Below the pieces are notes generated by a model, which was given only the letters and a program-made list of their open reading frames with translations, made no database searches and was not told where the DNA came from. A program made the translations under genes and the position numbers. Positions 39,580-52,927 of a DNA stretch of 64,000 nucleotides are shown one piece after another. How positions within the stretch are numbered: position 1 is the stretch's first letter; each line of letters starts with the position of its first letter. Source of the DNA: Microthyrium microscopicum (Eukaryota); assembly GCA_010405405.1 (NCBI GenBank), contig MU004238.1:631530-695529 (forward strand). Reading direction: 5' to 3'.

Positions 39580-40294
39580 AAAGAATGAAAGAAGTTGTCG
39601 CGTGAGAAATGATGTTGAGATGAAAACGAGGCGTTGAATGAAGATCTTGGCGGGGAGAGGAACGACTTCCAGATGGGGCCAAGGCAGAGAAAAGAGCCAA
39701 TCAAACAGGTGGAATAGTGATGAGGCTGAGGCAGGCACGGCCACTTAGTGGGTGCATTAACGGCAAGAGCTAGTTAGCGGCGGCTCCTTCCCAACAAGCG
39801 CAGGCTAGCTCAGCAGCGCCTTCCCCTATTTTAAGTCTGAGCTGCAGACCAGCACCAGGATCAGTGGTTAAAAAGGGAATTACACCAAATCCTTCTCTCC
39901 AGGCACTCGCTCTTAACCATCGCCAATCCTTCCCCTCGACATATCCTGGAGTTGGAACCATCCTCTGCAATTCTGTTACTTTGCGAGCCTATAAATCCAC
40001 TGTTACTCTCCATTGGTACCAGTATTTAGCTTGCATTGCATTTGTTTACTCACTACCCAATCAATTCTTCCAACACCATCCAACGCACAGCAAACGTCGC
40101 GTCAGAATTCAGAGCCGCATCCAACATCGTGCATTTCGCGTTTCACCATGGCTGTACGTGCATCTTCTCTCCATTTCTTAGCATAACCTTGTCACTATCC
40201 CCTTCATCAATTTCCCCAGTCTGTTTGCTGTCATTTAAACTCTTGTTCTACCTTTTGACCCTGAGGTTTACCCAAAAATCAAAGCTAATTCATC

Positions 40295-41352
40295 ATGTCA
40301 CAGCAATACGGCGGCGGTAACAGTTATCAGGAGAGTCAGTATGGCAGTGGTGGAATGTATGGAGGAAACTATGAGCGCTATACTGGTATGACTTTCGGAT
40401 GGCTACTTCAGCCTGAATCCTCACTCACTTTCGATGTTAGGTTCCGAAATGGAAATGCAACCTCCCGCATATGGATATGGTGGTCCTCAAGCAAGCGGAG
40501 GCAACGACATGCTCGAGCAATGCACCTTGATCGACAGCTCCATCGGCGAGCTCGATTCTCGACTATCAACATTCAAAGCCTTGCAATCTCGCATCCTTTC
40601 CGATCGCGCCTCCATAACCGAGCTTGATGGAGCTTCATCAGAGCTCATGTCCTCATACCGGAGTCTTGCTCAGCGCATGAAGAAAATCAAGTCCAACCCC
40701 GAGAGTGGATCGCCTCGAAATGCACCTCAAGTTGGACGTGTAGACCGTCGTCTCAAGACTGCCATGACAGATTTCCAACGGTTGGAGAGCGACTTCCGAG
40801 CTCAAATGCGTGATCAGCAAGCCAGACAATACCGTATCGTGAATCCAAATGCTACCGAGCAAGAGGTTCAACAAGCCGTCGAGGATCCAAATGCCCAAAT
40901 TTTCCAACAGGCTGTAAGTTTTCATTACAACAAAAATCGTTGACACAACTAACATGTGACAGCTCATGAACTCTGATCGCCGTGGTCAATCTCAATCCGC
41001 CTTGAACGCTGTTCGTGCACGAAACGCGGCTATTCAAAACATCGAGCGACAAATGATTGAGTTGGCAGAACTCTTCCAGGATTTGGACAATATTGTCATG
41101 CAACAAGGCGAACAAGTCGCTCAAATAGAAGAGAAGGCTGTCGAAGTACAAGACAACATTTATCAGGCCAATACACAACTGGAGACTGGCATCAAGAGCG
41201 CACGCGCTGCACGCAAAAAGAAGTGGATCTGCTTGGGAATCTGCGTTTTCTTACTCATTGCCATTGCCATTGTTATCGCAGTGGTTGTTGTGATGAGGAA
41301 CCCACCCGGCGGCAAAGGTCCGTCTGCATCAACACCTACTCCTACCGCATAA
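40295..41352 (+). CDS. SSO1: Plasma-membrane syntaxin (Sso1/2-like); 3 exons
   Basis: Habc region (RQYRIVNPNATEQEV), SNARE motif (IERQMIELAELFQDL...QQGE), ARAARKKKW followed by a TM helix. Confidence 0.9.
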
Positions 41353-42061
41353 GTTGACATTCTCAACGCATTATTTGATGGCAGGGTGGGTGTGGAGGGA
41401 TTTATTGCTCTCAGAGTTTTTTGGGCCTGGCGGAACCAGCCCTCATTCAATCCTTAGCTTCTGTACAGTGCTTTGCATTTCTTGGTGTTGGGATCTTTCT
41501 TGTGTATAGAATTTGTGTTTTGGATACCGTCAGGTGTTACTATGTATAATTAGTCCGGTTCAAGTCCCATAGAGGTTTGATGGACGAGTGCGAGGATTTG
41601 AGGAAGATGGGCCGGACAGAAGCGAAAAGTGGCCTTTTATTATTTTGTAAATATTAGGACGTTGCAGAGAACAAGAACGGAATACTCGAGAATTTGAATA
41701 TTGCTCGTGCACCTTTGATTCTATGATGGCGACCCAATATAAATATTCAAAATTGGCCATTTGAATCTCCAACCATATAATAAGCGCGCGATAGACACCA
41801 GACTAGTCAGGGGTAAGCGCGTCTACCCTTCCCTTCGCCATCCGAGGGCAGGAAGCAAAGGAGAAGATAAATTGAAATCCAATATCGAACCCATCCTCTC
41901 CCATCAACCTGTCCACTCTCTGAACCCAACCCAGCGATCAATTCCATATCAGCCATCCCCAACACCTGATATCAACAGCCCTTGCCCGCGTACCACGCAC
42001 CCACGTACCCACGCATCCTTCGCCTCCCTTTTCGGGCTCCCTCTCTCTTCCCTCCTCGAAA

Positions 42062-43785
42062 ATGAATAACGCCTCGCGCGCTCTCGTGCACTATGCCCAC
42101 ACGGCCGCACACTACACCGACGGAGCCATCCACGCCTTCCGGCTGATCCCCGGCTCCGAGATGATAGTCCGCTACATCCGCTCCAGCTATCAAAACGACC
42201 CCGTCCGTTCCGTCATCGAACTAGCGCTCGCGGTCTTTGTGCTGGTATATGTGGCGAAAAGCCGGTTCTCTACGGAGCGGAGCAGGGTAGTGCTGAGTGA
42301 TGATGAGGTGGATGAATTGGTCGCGGAGTGGGTGCCGGAGCCGCTGGTTGCGCGCGAGACGGAGAAGGAAAGGGTGGAGAATGAGAAGAGGCCCGTTATT
42401 GTTGGGTAAGTCTGCATCGCTCAGAGGTGGAGTGTATGGAATATGGAGATAAGGATTCTGGCTAATGGGTATAATAGGCAGAGTGGTCCAAAGAGCAAGT
42501 TGAGCAATGGACGCGTCGTGACGAACCTTGCGAGCGCGAATTATTACAACTTCATCGCGAATGAGGCGCTCAAGGAACGCGCGATAGCGACGCTACGGAA
42601 ATATGGTGTTGGGCCTTGCGGACCGCCAAACTTTTATGGCACGCAGGATGTGCATATGCATACGGAAGCGGATATTGTGTCTCATCTGGGTGTGCAGGCG
42701 TGCATTGTGTATGCTCAGGCGTTTTCGACGATTACCAGCGTTATTCCGGCATTTTCCAAGCGTGGCGATATCATTGTGGCGGATCGCGCTTCGAATTACA
42801 GTATTAGGAAGGGCATTCAGCTCAGCAGAAGCACGGTTTACTGGTACAATCACAACGATATGGAGGATTTGGAACGGACGTTGCAGAACGTTGTCAAGAT
42901 ATATGCAAAGAAACCTTTGACGAGACGGTTTATTGTGGCTGAAGGATTATCGGAGAATGTTGGCGATATGACCGACTTGCCCAAGATAGTGAGTACTTAC
43001 GTTACGCGAAGGCGAGCGACAGTCTAACGATTGAGTAGGTGCAACTTAAGCAAAAGTACAAGTTCCGCCTTATCCTCGATGAGACATGGTCATATGGAGT
43101 TCTTGGAGCAACAGGGCGCGGCATCACGGAATATCAACACGTAGATCCTGGCCAAGTTGATATGCTCATTGGATCTCTTGCTGGACCACTTGCCGCAAGT
43201 GGCGGTTTCTGTGCCGGTAGTAAGGAAGTCGTTGAACATCAGCGTATTGCATCGGCCGCATATACCTTCTCTGCTGCCTTGCCGGCAATCAGTGCAACGC
43301 AAGCGAGCGAAACGGTACGGATTTTGAGCGATAGCCCAGAGTTGATTATTCAACTCAAGGAGAATATCAAGACGATGCGTGCACAGCTAGATCCACGTAG
43401 TCAGTATGTTCGATGCACAAGTGCACCAGAGAATCCAATGATGTTGCTTGTATTCAAGAACGAGGTTCTTGAGACTCGCAAGCTCAGTGATGAAGAGCAA
43501 GAGATGCTGATGCAGGATATCATCGAAGAGGTATGTCTATTCCATAATCTGCGAACCTGAATTGATCTAACCATTCCACAGAGCATGACGAACGGCGTTT
43601 TCATCACCCGCGTCAAACCACTACCAGAAACCATCAATGCCAGCGCAAAAGAACAGAGCCAAAGCTGGCAACCTCAACCAGCGCTGAAAGTGTGCATGAC
43701 AACAGCACTCTCAAAGAAGGATATCGAGAAGGCTGGTACAACAATCAGGCATGCAATCACCAAGATCATGACGCGCAAGCAATGA
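42062..43785 (+). CDS. LCB1: Serine palmitoyltransferase subunit 1; 4 exons
   Basis: YIRSSYQNDPVRS, WVPEPLV, YGVGPCGPPNFYGTQDVH, FSKRGDIIVAD, ILDETWSYGVLG. Confidence 0.95.
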
Positions 43786-44918
43786 ACACGCCGTATGCAT
43801 AGAGGGAGTGTGCCATGGGAGCATAGCCTCTATGATTTCTCACAACTGTTTTGTTAATAGCTGTTGCATCTGTGCCGCGAACGTTTGAGCGCGGCCAGCC
43901 TTTCTTTTCACGGTAGCATAATTCCTCTGGGAGGAAGTAATCACCTTTGTAGTAATATTATAATACTAGTCATATAATGACAGACTCGCGTACCAGAACT
44001 CGCCTGATGCAGCATGTTTCTCTTGGGTGTCTCCGGTGGTTACGAGTGATAGCAATTATTAGATAATCCTGACAGCTAAGCGTGCCTTGTGCGCAAGCTT
44101 CTTATCCGTTGGGTAAGATGAGAGCTTGCCTGTTAATATTATCCTGATGCTATCGAAGTTGGGTTTGGGGCCTGGCTTGATACAATGATTGAACCAGCCT
44201 CCGCCAGCCTCCTCTGACGTGCTGCCTCTCTTATGTCTAGTAATAACGTCCAAAATAGCCCAATATCATCGCGATAACAAGAACAAATTGCCAAAAGAAA
44301 ACTGAAGTATCTGAAAGATAATACCAGGAGTTGAGTTCAGAATCGCCAGCGCATACCGATTGATCCTGGATGGGTGCTCGTGCAGCATTGCATCTGCATC
44401 CACTTTGAACGACCAACAGCTTTCCCCTCCTCAGCTCGGGCTGCGCAATCGATATTCTCTTCAGATCTCGTAGTCAATTGCTTGCGCCTTGAAACATCCT
44501 CGAAGATACTTGAGAGACTGTACTTGTATCCGCACCGAAAGCCAACATCAGGTTTTCACCGCAAGCACTATACGCGTCGCTCCTTGCAACCGCAACTCCA
44601 CCAAAATCGGTCCACGATTTTGCGCAATACAACCAGCGCATCCTGTCGCAACCACCACCACCACCACTCTAAACTCGCTCGAGCGCTTTTCCAAGAGTGC
44701 ATGTAAAGCCGTCAACTTAACCTTAACATCGGCGCCACCGTCTTTCTTGAAGCGCATCCTGATCCTCGAAGCGACTGATCTCGAAGCCGTGCCAGTACCG
44801 CAAAGAGCAACCCACCCCTCCACCACGCGTCAATCACCTTCAACACTTACACATCCGCGGGAGCGTGAGGAATACGGATACAGACAGCATAGCAAGCACA
44901 GTCAGAATATCCACCACT

Positions 44919-45544
44919 ATGGCGCGCTCAACAGTCTCGCGCGGCACATACGTGCAACGCCGCCAAACTTTCCGATGGCCACAGACGCAATTCAACGCCT
45001 TCATGATCTTGATCCTCGTCACAGCCGGCGTGCTCATTGGGATATTTGGCGAGTTTGTACAGATTCAGAATCAGATGGGTCTCGGGATTCCATGGTAAGC
45101 ACCCATCCTCCTACCACAGACCCAGCAACCACCAACCGACATCAAGAAATTGACTAACTTTCAATCAGGCTATTCCCCTACGGCATAACAGTCGGCTCCC
45201 TAACCGTCCTCCTAATAATCATCCTCCTAGTCTTCAGCAACAACGGCACCCTCACACCCCCCATCCTAATGGTCTTCTCCTTTGTCCTCGGCGTTCTCTA
45301 CATAACCGGTCTCGTCGACACAGGAATCCAACTCTTCGGCCCAGCAAGTGTCAGCGGAAACTGCAACACGTACGTGTCAGGTAACAAGATTACTGGAAGC
45401 AGTGTATACACGCTCGCATGGCTACAGCAAAATAATATTTGCAGTTGCTGGTATGCGGTGTTTTCGTTCTGGATTATTGGCACGATTATATATATCTGGA
45501 TGTTTATCTTTGCTATGCAGGTTAATAGTGGTGCCTTTGACTGA
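44919..45544 (+). CDS. Four-TM MARVEL-like fungal membrane protein; 2 exons
   Basis: MARSTVSRG...FRWP, four hydrophobic segments, Cys-containing extracellular loop. Confidence 0.75.
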
Positions 45545-46416
45545 GAGAAGAAAGATAGTGGGTGGGTGGCGAGAGGAATGTATATGATGAACGGCAATAA
45601 GTATATAGTTTGTGGGTTCTGTGCTGGGTTTTTATCTTCGCATTGTTTGGAGTTTTGGCGCTGGGACTGGCAATGATACACACTGGCAACGGACGCCTCG
45701 GCTGGGAATGAATGTAGGACTGTATATTCTGTGGAAGTATCAATATTAGTACAATAGTATATAGAGACTATTCTCCTGACAGGTAGCAGAATAGAGATAA
45801 CATCTTATGACCTGAAATGAGATCTACTTTTCTGATTTCCGCCTCAGCTATCAAAAAGATGTGGTGTAACACAATTTACACGCAGCCAGAGGTGATTTTT
45901 AGAAACATTTCTTCAAGGCCACCGGCATGTTCTGAAGGCAGCAAACTTTAAATTATGCATAACATTGGTTGCCGGCCCTAAGGTTCTAAATATATCTCTG
46001 GTTTCGAAACGTGATTTAGGATTTTGTATGACTCGGCTTTCTGCCTAGATCCAGGTACCAAATATTTATATCCGCCATTGTTCTTCGCCCAGGAGCCTAG
46101 CTTCGAACTTCTTACTCAAAACTCGACATCGGCGACTCTCGAGGCTAATCCTGAGTTTCAACAACAATTCTGAGCATCCGAGATCTGCCATCGAAACTCG
46201 AAGGTCATCCTACGACCAACTCACCTCGCCTCCCAGAGTTCCAGCCCACACTATCATCAACAACCCATAGTTCTCAAAAATACAAGAAACAAGATCAACA
46301 ACGCTCATGAACTAAGCAAAGCCAGCTTCAAGCACTCCACACCGTCCCGCCAACACCATCCATCGTCCCAAAAAAAACCTACCCAACTCAAGAAGAAGAG
46401 TGTCGTAAACTTCAAA

Positions 46417-47046
46417 ATGGCAAACCAACCAACAACCCACCCCCTCTTCGGTGGCGCAATAACAACCTCCCTCCCAACCGGCTATCTCGACGCCTCAACC
46501 ATGCGTGACATTCCAGACACCCAAGAAGTCTTTTTGGATCCAAACTCAAACACAAACATCATAATCTCCCTCTTGGAGCGCGTCACCACCATTACCTCTA
46601 ACAATTCCAACAATTCCGACGATCACTCTGCGCTGCAGACGCACTTCCAAGATATGTACGCCGACGAAACCGACAAAAGCGGCAATAGGGACACGGCGAA
46701 CGTACTTGGTGTGCGGAACCTACCTATTCCACCTGGTACAAGCAATGGTGGGACGGTGACTGCGTATATTTTAACAGCATGGATGGCGACGGCGGATGCA
46801 GCGCGGCAAGAGCAGAGAGAGAGGGGACGGGAGGAGGTTCTTGGCACGGGGGTTGTAATGGGTTTGGTTAGGCTGGAGAATGTGAAGACTGATGTGTTGG
46901 TTTGTGTTAATGTGCCGCGTGCGGCGGCAGATGGCGAGCTAGGGGAGACGGCTTTGGGGGACATGTTGGGGCCGGCGGTGGGGATGGTGGAGGAGGCGGT
47001 TGCACGGATGGATGTTAAGGATTGGGGACTTTTTGGGGAGTCGTGA
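46417..47046 (+). CDS. MOG1: Ran guanine nucleotide release factor Mog1
   Basis: PLFGGAI, DASTMRDIPDTQEVF, IIISLLE, LVRLENVKTDVLVCVNVP, VKDWGLFG. Confidence 0.93.
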   Translation: MANQPTTHPLFGGAITTSLPTGYLDASTMRDIPDTQEVFLDPNSNTNIIISLLERVTTITSNNSNNSDDHSALQTHFQDMYADETDKSGNRDTANVLGVRNLPIPPGTSNGGTVTAYILTAWMATADAARQEQRERGREEVLGTGVVMGLVRLENVKTDVLVCVNVPRAAADGELGETALGDMLGPAVGMVEEAVARMDVKDWGLFGES

Positions 47047-47223
47047 TGGATCATGCATGGGCATGGGAATGAAAAGCAGGAATGATTTATGGGACGACTT
47101 CAGGGATGAAAGACACGACCTCAAAGGGATACAATGGCCTCATGAAGGAATGATATATAGCATAGCTTAGCAGTACTAGTAGATAGATACCCAATTCCAG
47201 CACTTTTTTGATTCATTGATTGG

Positions 47224-50200
47224 TTAGATACCGAATTTACTCTTCACTGCACCCATGAATAGGTTCTTCTTCTGTGTCTCGACGTATTTGGATGCACTTT
47301 CAGCCCATTTGCTGCTCGTCTCTTCCAAGTTGTTGACCGAGTCGCCTAGTATATTCAGGTTCTGGGTTCGTTCTGTCATTGCTCGTTGCATTGATGCCCA
47401 GTAGCCTTCACCTCCTGCTGCTGCTCCGGCTACTCCTGCTGCACCTGCAACACCTGCTGCTCCAGCACGAGCTGTATTTGGGCCACCAGGGGCTTGTGGA
47501 TCTAATGCAGCTACACGTCTCGATGGAATTCTGTCTGGTCCTCCAACTACATAGTTGTTAGTAACAAATGGATTTGTGGATAGCGTGTGACTTACTCAAT
47601 ATGTCAATGTCCGAGGCGGTGACGTGTTGGGTTCCTGATAGCCACTGGACGTTAGAGATAGTAGGCCGAGGAGGCACAAGACAGGCTGGGTTGAACAAGG
47701 TATCTTTGGATCGGTTTCTATTTCAATTGTCAGCAAAATGTGGCGTCATAGCAGAAAAGTAACTCACAACACTAATCCCCTTCCCCATATGTTGAGCAAT
47801 GCAGTTTCAGCTGGACCAGTCCAGCCAAAGATATCACCACTCGAAGTAATCACAGCATCTCGATACCGCTGCGAATCCAGAACGTGAGATATTTTCACAT
47901 TCCCAATTTCTCTTAGAGCCGGTATCGAGAAAGCTCGAGCATATCCATCGTCACCAAGCGTAATTAGTGCAATACCAGAGTCTTCAAAGTTGGATACGGC
48001 CGCAGACTGAACCAGGAAGTGATCCCAGGATTTGTGTGCTCCTTTGCTACTTGGAGGTTTCGATATTCTCGCTCCATGTTGTGAGGTTACTAGTAGTGTT
48101 CCGTTGACTTTATGTCCCTCTCGAAGGCCTGCTACAGCAGCTTGAGAAGCATAGGCTGGAAGACCATTGTCGGCTGATAGTGGTGATATTTGTACGATCC
48201 GGCTGTCGTGTGTAACAGTGCCAGCCAGTTGAACACTGTACCTGCCTCCTTGTGGAGTCAACTTGAATGTGCCCAAGTGTCCTTGACTCGTTCCAATATG
48301 GCAGAGTATCGATGACCATTGCTCGCCTTCCAGTGTCATGACGCTGAATTCAATCACAGTGGCAAAGTCTCGGGCGGTACCACGATCATCTTTTCTTCGC
48401 TTCCCCTGCTGCGCAAGCTCTTGAACATGGCCGTTATAAATGATAGCTGGTCCTCGTAGATCAATGATAGCAAGACTACCTCCTTCAAATCCAGCGGCAA
48501 GGAAACCCACGTCTGACAGTTTTAGTGCTGTGACGGGCCCGTTCTGCATGTTGACCATGGTCATCGGTATCAATCCCTCTGTCAAAACAGGATCTCCACG
48601 ACTGGCGATGTCTACCAGCTCTCCCGCAGCTCCTGGTCCTCCAGAATTATCTTCTCGACCGGCGTATCGATTGCGGCCCCAACGGAACAATAGAACATCA
48701 CCTGCTTTCGTACCCACGCCCAATTCACCAGCGGCTCCAGAGAAGCTAACCAGTGTAACTTCTGTTCCATCTGGTCGTCCAACAGCGCGATCGACGTCTA
48801 CTCGAAGAGTACTCTCGTTTTCAATTTCATCACCATGTCCAGCATCCCATATTTGGATGGTGCCATCAGCATGAGCAGTCTGAATGACGTTTCTATGCTC
48901 GAATCGCTTCATGGGTCGATGCGCTTCTACGCCACCCTTGACAAGCGGAGGGCCAATATTTCTCTTTTCCACTAAGCCGAGCCATTTACTTCGATCGACG
49001 GCAGCCATATTGATTGCGGTGATAAATGGATGAACAAAGGATACAGATACGTGTAATTGATTTGTTGGATTGATAGGATATCCACTAGGAAAGCTCATTG
49101 TGATTACTTCGCCAGACCTCAAAACAGACATCATGGCAATCGGATCGTGGGCTCCAGCAAAGTATGGCGATGCTCGAGGGAATAAGCAAAAGTCGACGAC
49201 TTCTGTATTTGGAGGTATTGGAAGCATTCGTTGTCGCTTTGGATTCGAGAAGTACTGTGATAATATTTGCCAGCTTGAAGTCTGATAGTTGGGCGTTCGA
49301 CCCATTTCGAACAAGGTCAGGCCTTGCGCTGGAGAATTTGCTGATGCTCCACCAGCGATCAGTATAGCAGTGTCTTCAGGGTCTTGGTTCGCACACCACA
49401 CGATTTTGAAAAGTGGTTCCTTCTCTCCGTCGGCCGGTGCGGTGCTGTACGAACTCGGACTGGGTTTATCAATATTCGTCTCTGTCAGACTGCGTGCCAT
49501 GACAATGCGTCCATCCTTCGCATCCCAGAACACGAGACTGCCGTCCTCGTGTCCAGTCAATATGAACGTACCTGTCGGATGCCACACTGCATGAGTTAAG
49601 AAAGGACGCCGAGCCATGTTCATCATCGCAGGATTTGCGGTGCCGCCTGGCGCGCCTCGAGGAAGTTCATATCGGAAGAACTTGAGCGGCTTGTTCTGTT
49701 TGAAAGAGTACGTAACTGCGCCCTCAGCATATCCAATTAACAGAGTGCCAATATCTCGAGGATGTAATGCGAGTGACACAATGGGCGTGATCTTTGCGCG
49801 AGGGTCAAACTCCTTCCAGAAACTCGGAAGCTTGAAAGGCGCCATTCGTCCATATTCAAGGTCGTATGCTAGTACATCTCCAGATCCCATGCCTAGTAGA
49901 ACATAGTCTAAAGATGGATCGATACTGACAGCATGGACGATTCCAGGTGGTGAATAAGATCCCAGTAACCGCTTCGTGTCGAGCGAGTAAACGTTCAGGT
50001 CGTTCTTGGTGTCAAAGCATATCAGTTTGTCGGCACAGAAATGTAGGCTTTTGACAGAGCATCGCCGTGGTAGCTCGAATATAGCGTTGGTTCTTCTTTG
50101 GCCAAATACATATATCTGGCCCTCCCCGAATTTGGTCTCATTGGTGCCAATGGCTAGAAGTGACTGCACAGGGTCATATGCTACGGCAGATACCTGTGAG

Positions 50201-50365
50201 TTTATTCCATACCGATTTATCTGGCGAAGTCAGCTTTGTTCCCGTGAATGACTTGTAGGCCTTTGCTGGATGCCTCACGTCGTCTAGAACTACAACTTCA
50301 GGGCCTATTCCGGCGGAAAAATCACCCTGGATCCCAGCCTGCTTGCCGCGGAGCAGATGGGTCAT
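47224..50365 (-). CDS. SRO7: Lgl/tomosyn-family WD40 exocytosis protein Sro7/77; 4 exons
   Basis: MTHLLRGKQAGIQGDFS, AYDPVQSLLAIGT, HPRDIGTLLIGY, ISGTQHVTASDIDIL; C-terminal ERTQNLNILGDSVNNLEETSSKW. Confidence 0.9.
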
Positions 50366-51104
50366 TTTTGCTCCCTGACTGCCAGCCAAAAGTCCAATGG
50401 CTGCTTGAAATAGTGACTCGATGAATATTCCGTTGGATGCCTTTTTTGGAGGCTTGAGGCGTGAAAAGAAAGCGCTTGGATTCGGGAGTGGTGGAATGCT
50501 CTGCCCTGTACTTTAGGCTGTGCCCCTCTTCTCCCGTTTGAGCCAGAATCGTTGCTGCGAAGAGAAGCACCAAGTTGGGCGTGATGAGAGTTGACTGTAT
50601 GAAGCAACTATTTTATTGCTAAGTAATGCGGGACTTAGTTGTACTCTGGGATGCGGAGGCTGTGAAGGATGAAGGAAGTAGATCGATGATTCCGGAGAGT
50701 GCAAGCCATACACGAGATAAAGTGACGTTTCAAGGGCTTAAAACTACTACCTTGTCTCGCAATACGATTTCGTGATTTGCTCTGATGATGTGACATCTAC
50801 ATAACTCTATTCTTGTAGTCTTCTTGACATGGTAGAAAACCACGAATGATACTTGTCATCGTTGATATACACAATAGGAGGAGAATAGTGAAATAATTCA
50901 ATCTCTACACTTGTTGTTCTTTCGAAATAGCCTTTTCGCATAATCGCAAGAATTTTTTTTGAAATGAATGATAACATTATTTCTTCATGAGTACTATCTG
51001 TACCGGAATATTCTTTATCAAGACCGGTCGGCTTGTCGTTAAACCACCTTACTCTCTATTTTCCATGACATGAAAGAATACAATCGCAAGGCATCTACCG
51101 AACC

Positions 51105-52023
51105 TCAATCCCAACCCTCACAAATGCAGCTAATATCTCCAAAAGGATCAACAGAATAGGTTTTCTTGCAAGCACTGCACATCGTGAGCTCCGCCATCCA
51201 TAAATCACTGGAAGCCTGTCTATCCCATAGCGTCAAAAAGAATTGACGTGCGAATCCACCCATGCTTTCTTCGTTGGAAAGCATCAAACGGAACTGCTCA
51301 TTTCCACCGAGTAAACTCGCATGAGTCTGGCACACACCGAGTAAGGTTTGAAGGAATGGGTCTGCTGAGTTTGCTTCAAAGAAGGGAAAAGAAACCTGGA
51401 GTAATGCGACAAAGCGGTCTGCTTTGTTAATGAACTGTCGTCGGAACTGTTCCGTGATCTCGCCGCTCATTATTGCCCATTCCGCGTATTTAGCCCTGAG
51501 AATCTTGAAATACTGCGCTCTGGCGTCCATGTCCTCCTTGACTCCTCTAATGGCATGTTGCACTAGGGCGTCGATGCTATAGTAGTCACCTAGCCGATAC
51601 ATCTCGAAATAATCCAGGAAGGAATCATCCTCAAAATGCCGCTCCCCTTTCATTTGTCAGTCTCATCGACAGAGTTATAGCATCAAGTCACTTACCGGTA
51701 TAGATGAACTTGATCATACTTCTAATCAGCTCCGGTTTGTCATCTTCGATAGTGATAATGCGTTCTTTGGCTTCCTTGTGAAAAGTTAACACGATTTTGC
51801 CGGACGTCGATTTTGTATTAACGTACCTTGAAGTGGCCTGAGCATGCCTTTTTGAACCAAAGCGATTGTGCAGAGAGCACCATTCGATGGGCTTTCCATG
51901 TGTGGTCGCGGCAGATAATCGTGACATCCGAAAACTCTCCAGACTGGAGGTACCTACTTTTTGTGAGTGCATTGATTATTCTTGCGCCATGATCACTTAC
52001 TCGTAGTACGTAACGTTACCCAT
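51105..52023 (-). CDS. BTB/POZ domain protein; 4 exons
   Basis: Spliced: YLQSGEFSDVTIICRDHTWKAHRMVLSAQSLWFKKACSGHFKEAKERIITIEDDKPELIRSMIKFIYTG. Confidence 0.88.
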
Positions 52024-52927
52024 TTTCGCTCATTGAGGCCTTACGAATAGTGAAGTGACAGGTGGGATGCCTCTTGTAGTCTCGTGGGAATAGGGACTAC
52101 TCAGGTACACAAGTTGTTGAAGCGAAGTCATGAAAGTCAGAGGAGTTGAGAGACGATCAGCTTCTGGCTCTTCGTATGAGTCTGAAGCGCTCTTCACTGT
52201 AGCCATTGCCCAAGTTGAAGGAGTAAGAAGGCACGACTGGTAATTAGAGTAATCGACAGGTCAAATTGCAACTTCCATGCCTGGAAGCGGTTACTCCTCT
52301 CGCGCTATCCAATTCGAAGTTCATTGCACTTCCACTTCTGACCTCCAATTGCACATAGAAGCAACGATTTCCCATAGATAAGCCACCCTCGCTAGCTCAG
52401 CCTCATCGCACTAAGTCACCCTTATGGCGACTTGAATTTTTTGAAACCATACCAACCGACCGATGTCTACTGAAACTCAATATAGGGAACTCTCTGATGA
52501 TTTGAGGCTTTATGTTTTCATTATCGAGAGGTTGGCGCCGTGTTGGCTTACCGCGCTTATTTCATCTGTACCAGTAAAACAACTTGCAATGAACCTGTGA
52601 AGGATGTTGAATTCCTAATCGCAGCTTGTCGGTCTTCTACTCTGGCTATACGTCAAATTTGACCCAGAAATGATGTTCAATCTATTTAAATCTGTGCGGC
52701 AAGTTCGTTGCACTTCATCAAGTAATACATTGGTTGTCTTCGGTCCTATTAATCTATACAATCATTATATCTGAAACATGAAGTAAGCTAGGAGCTTCAG
52801 AAAGTCACAATGATTACCAAACGTAGTTACATGCCGAAACACAACATATTTTTATACTTGCCCAGAACCGATTTATCATCTCTTATTTGCTCGCCGATAT
52901 ATCTCAACCTTTGGGTATATCGTAGCC

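Noticed and set aside
40295..50365. Syntaxin and SRO7 as an exocytosis gene cluster
   Set aside because: Three unrelated genes lie between them; proximity alone is not evidence without synteny data.
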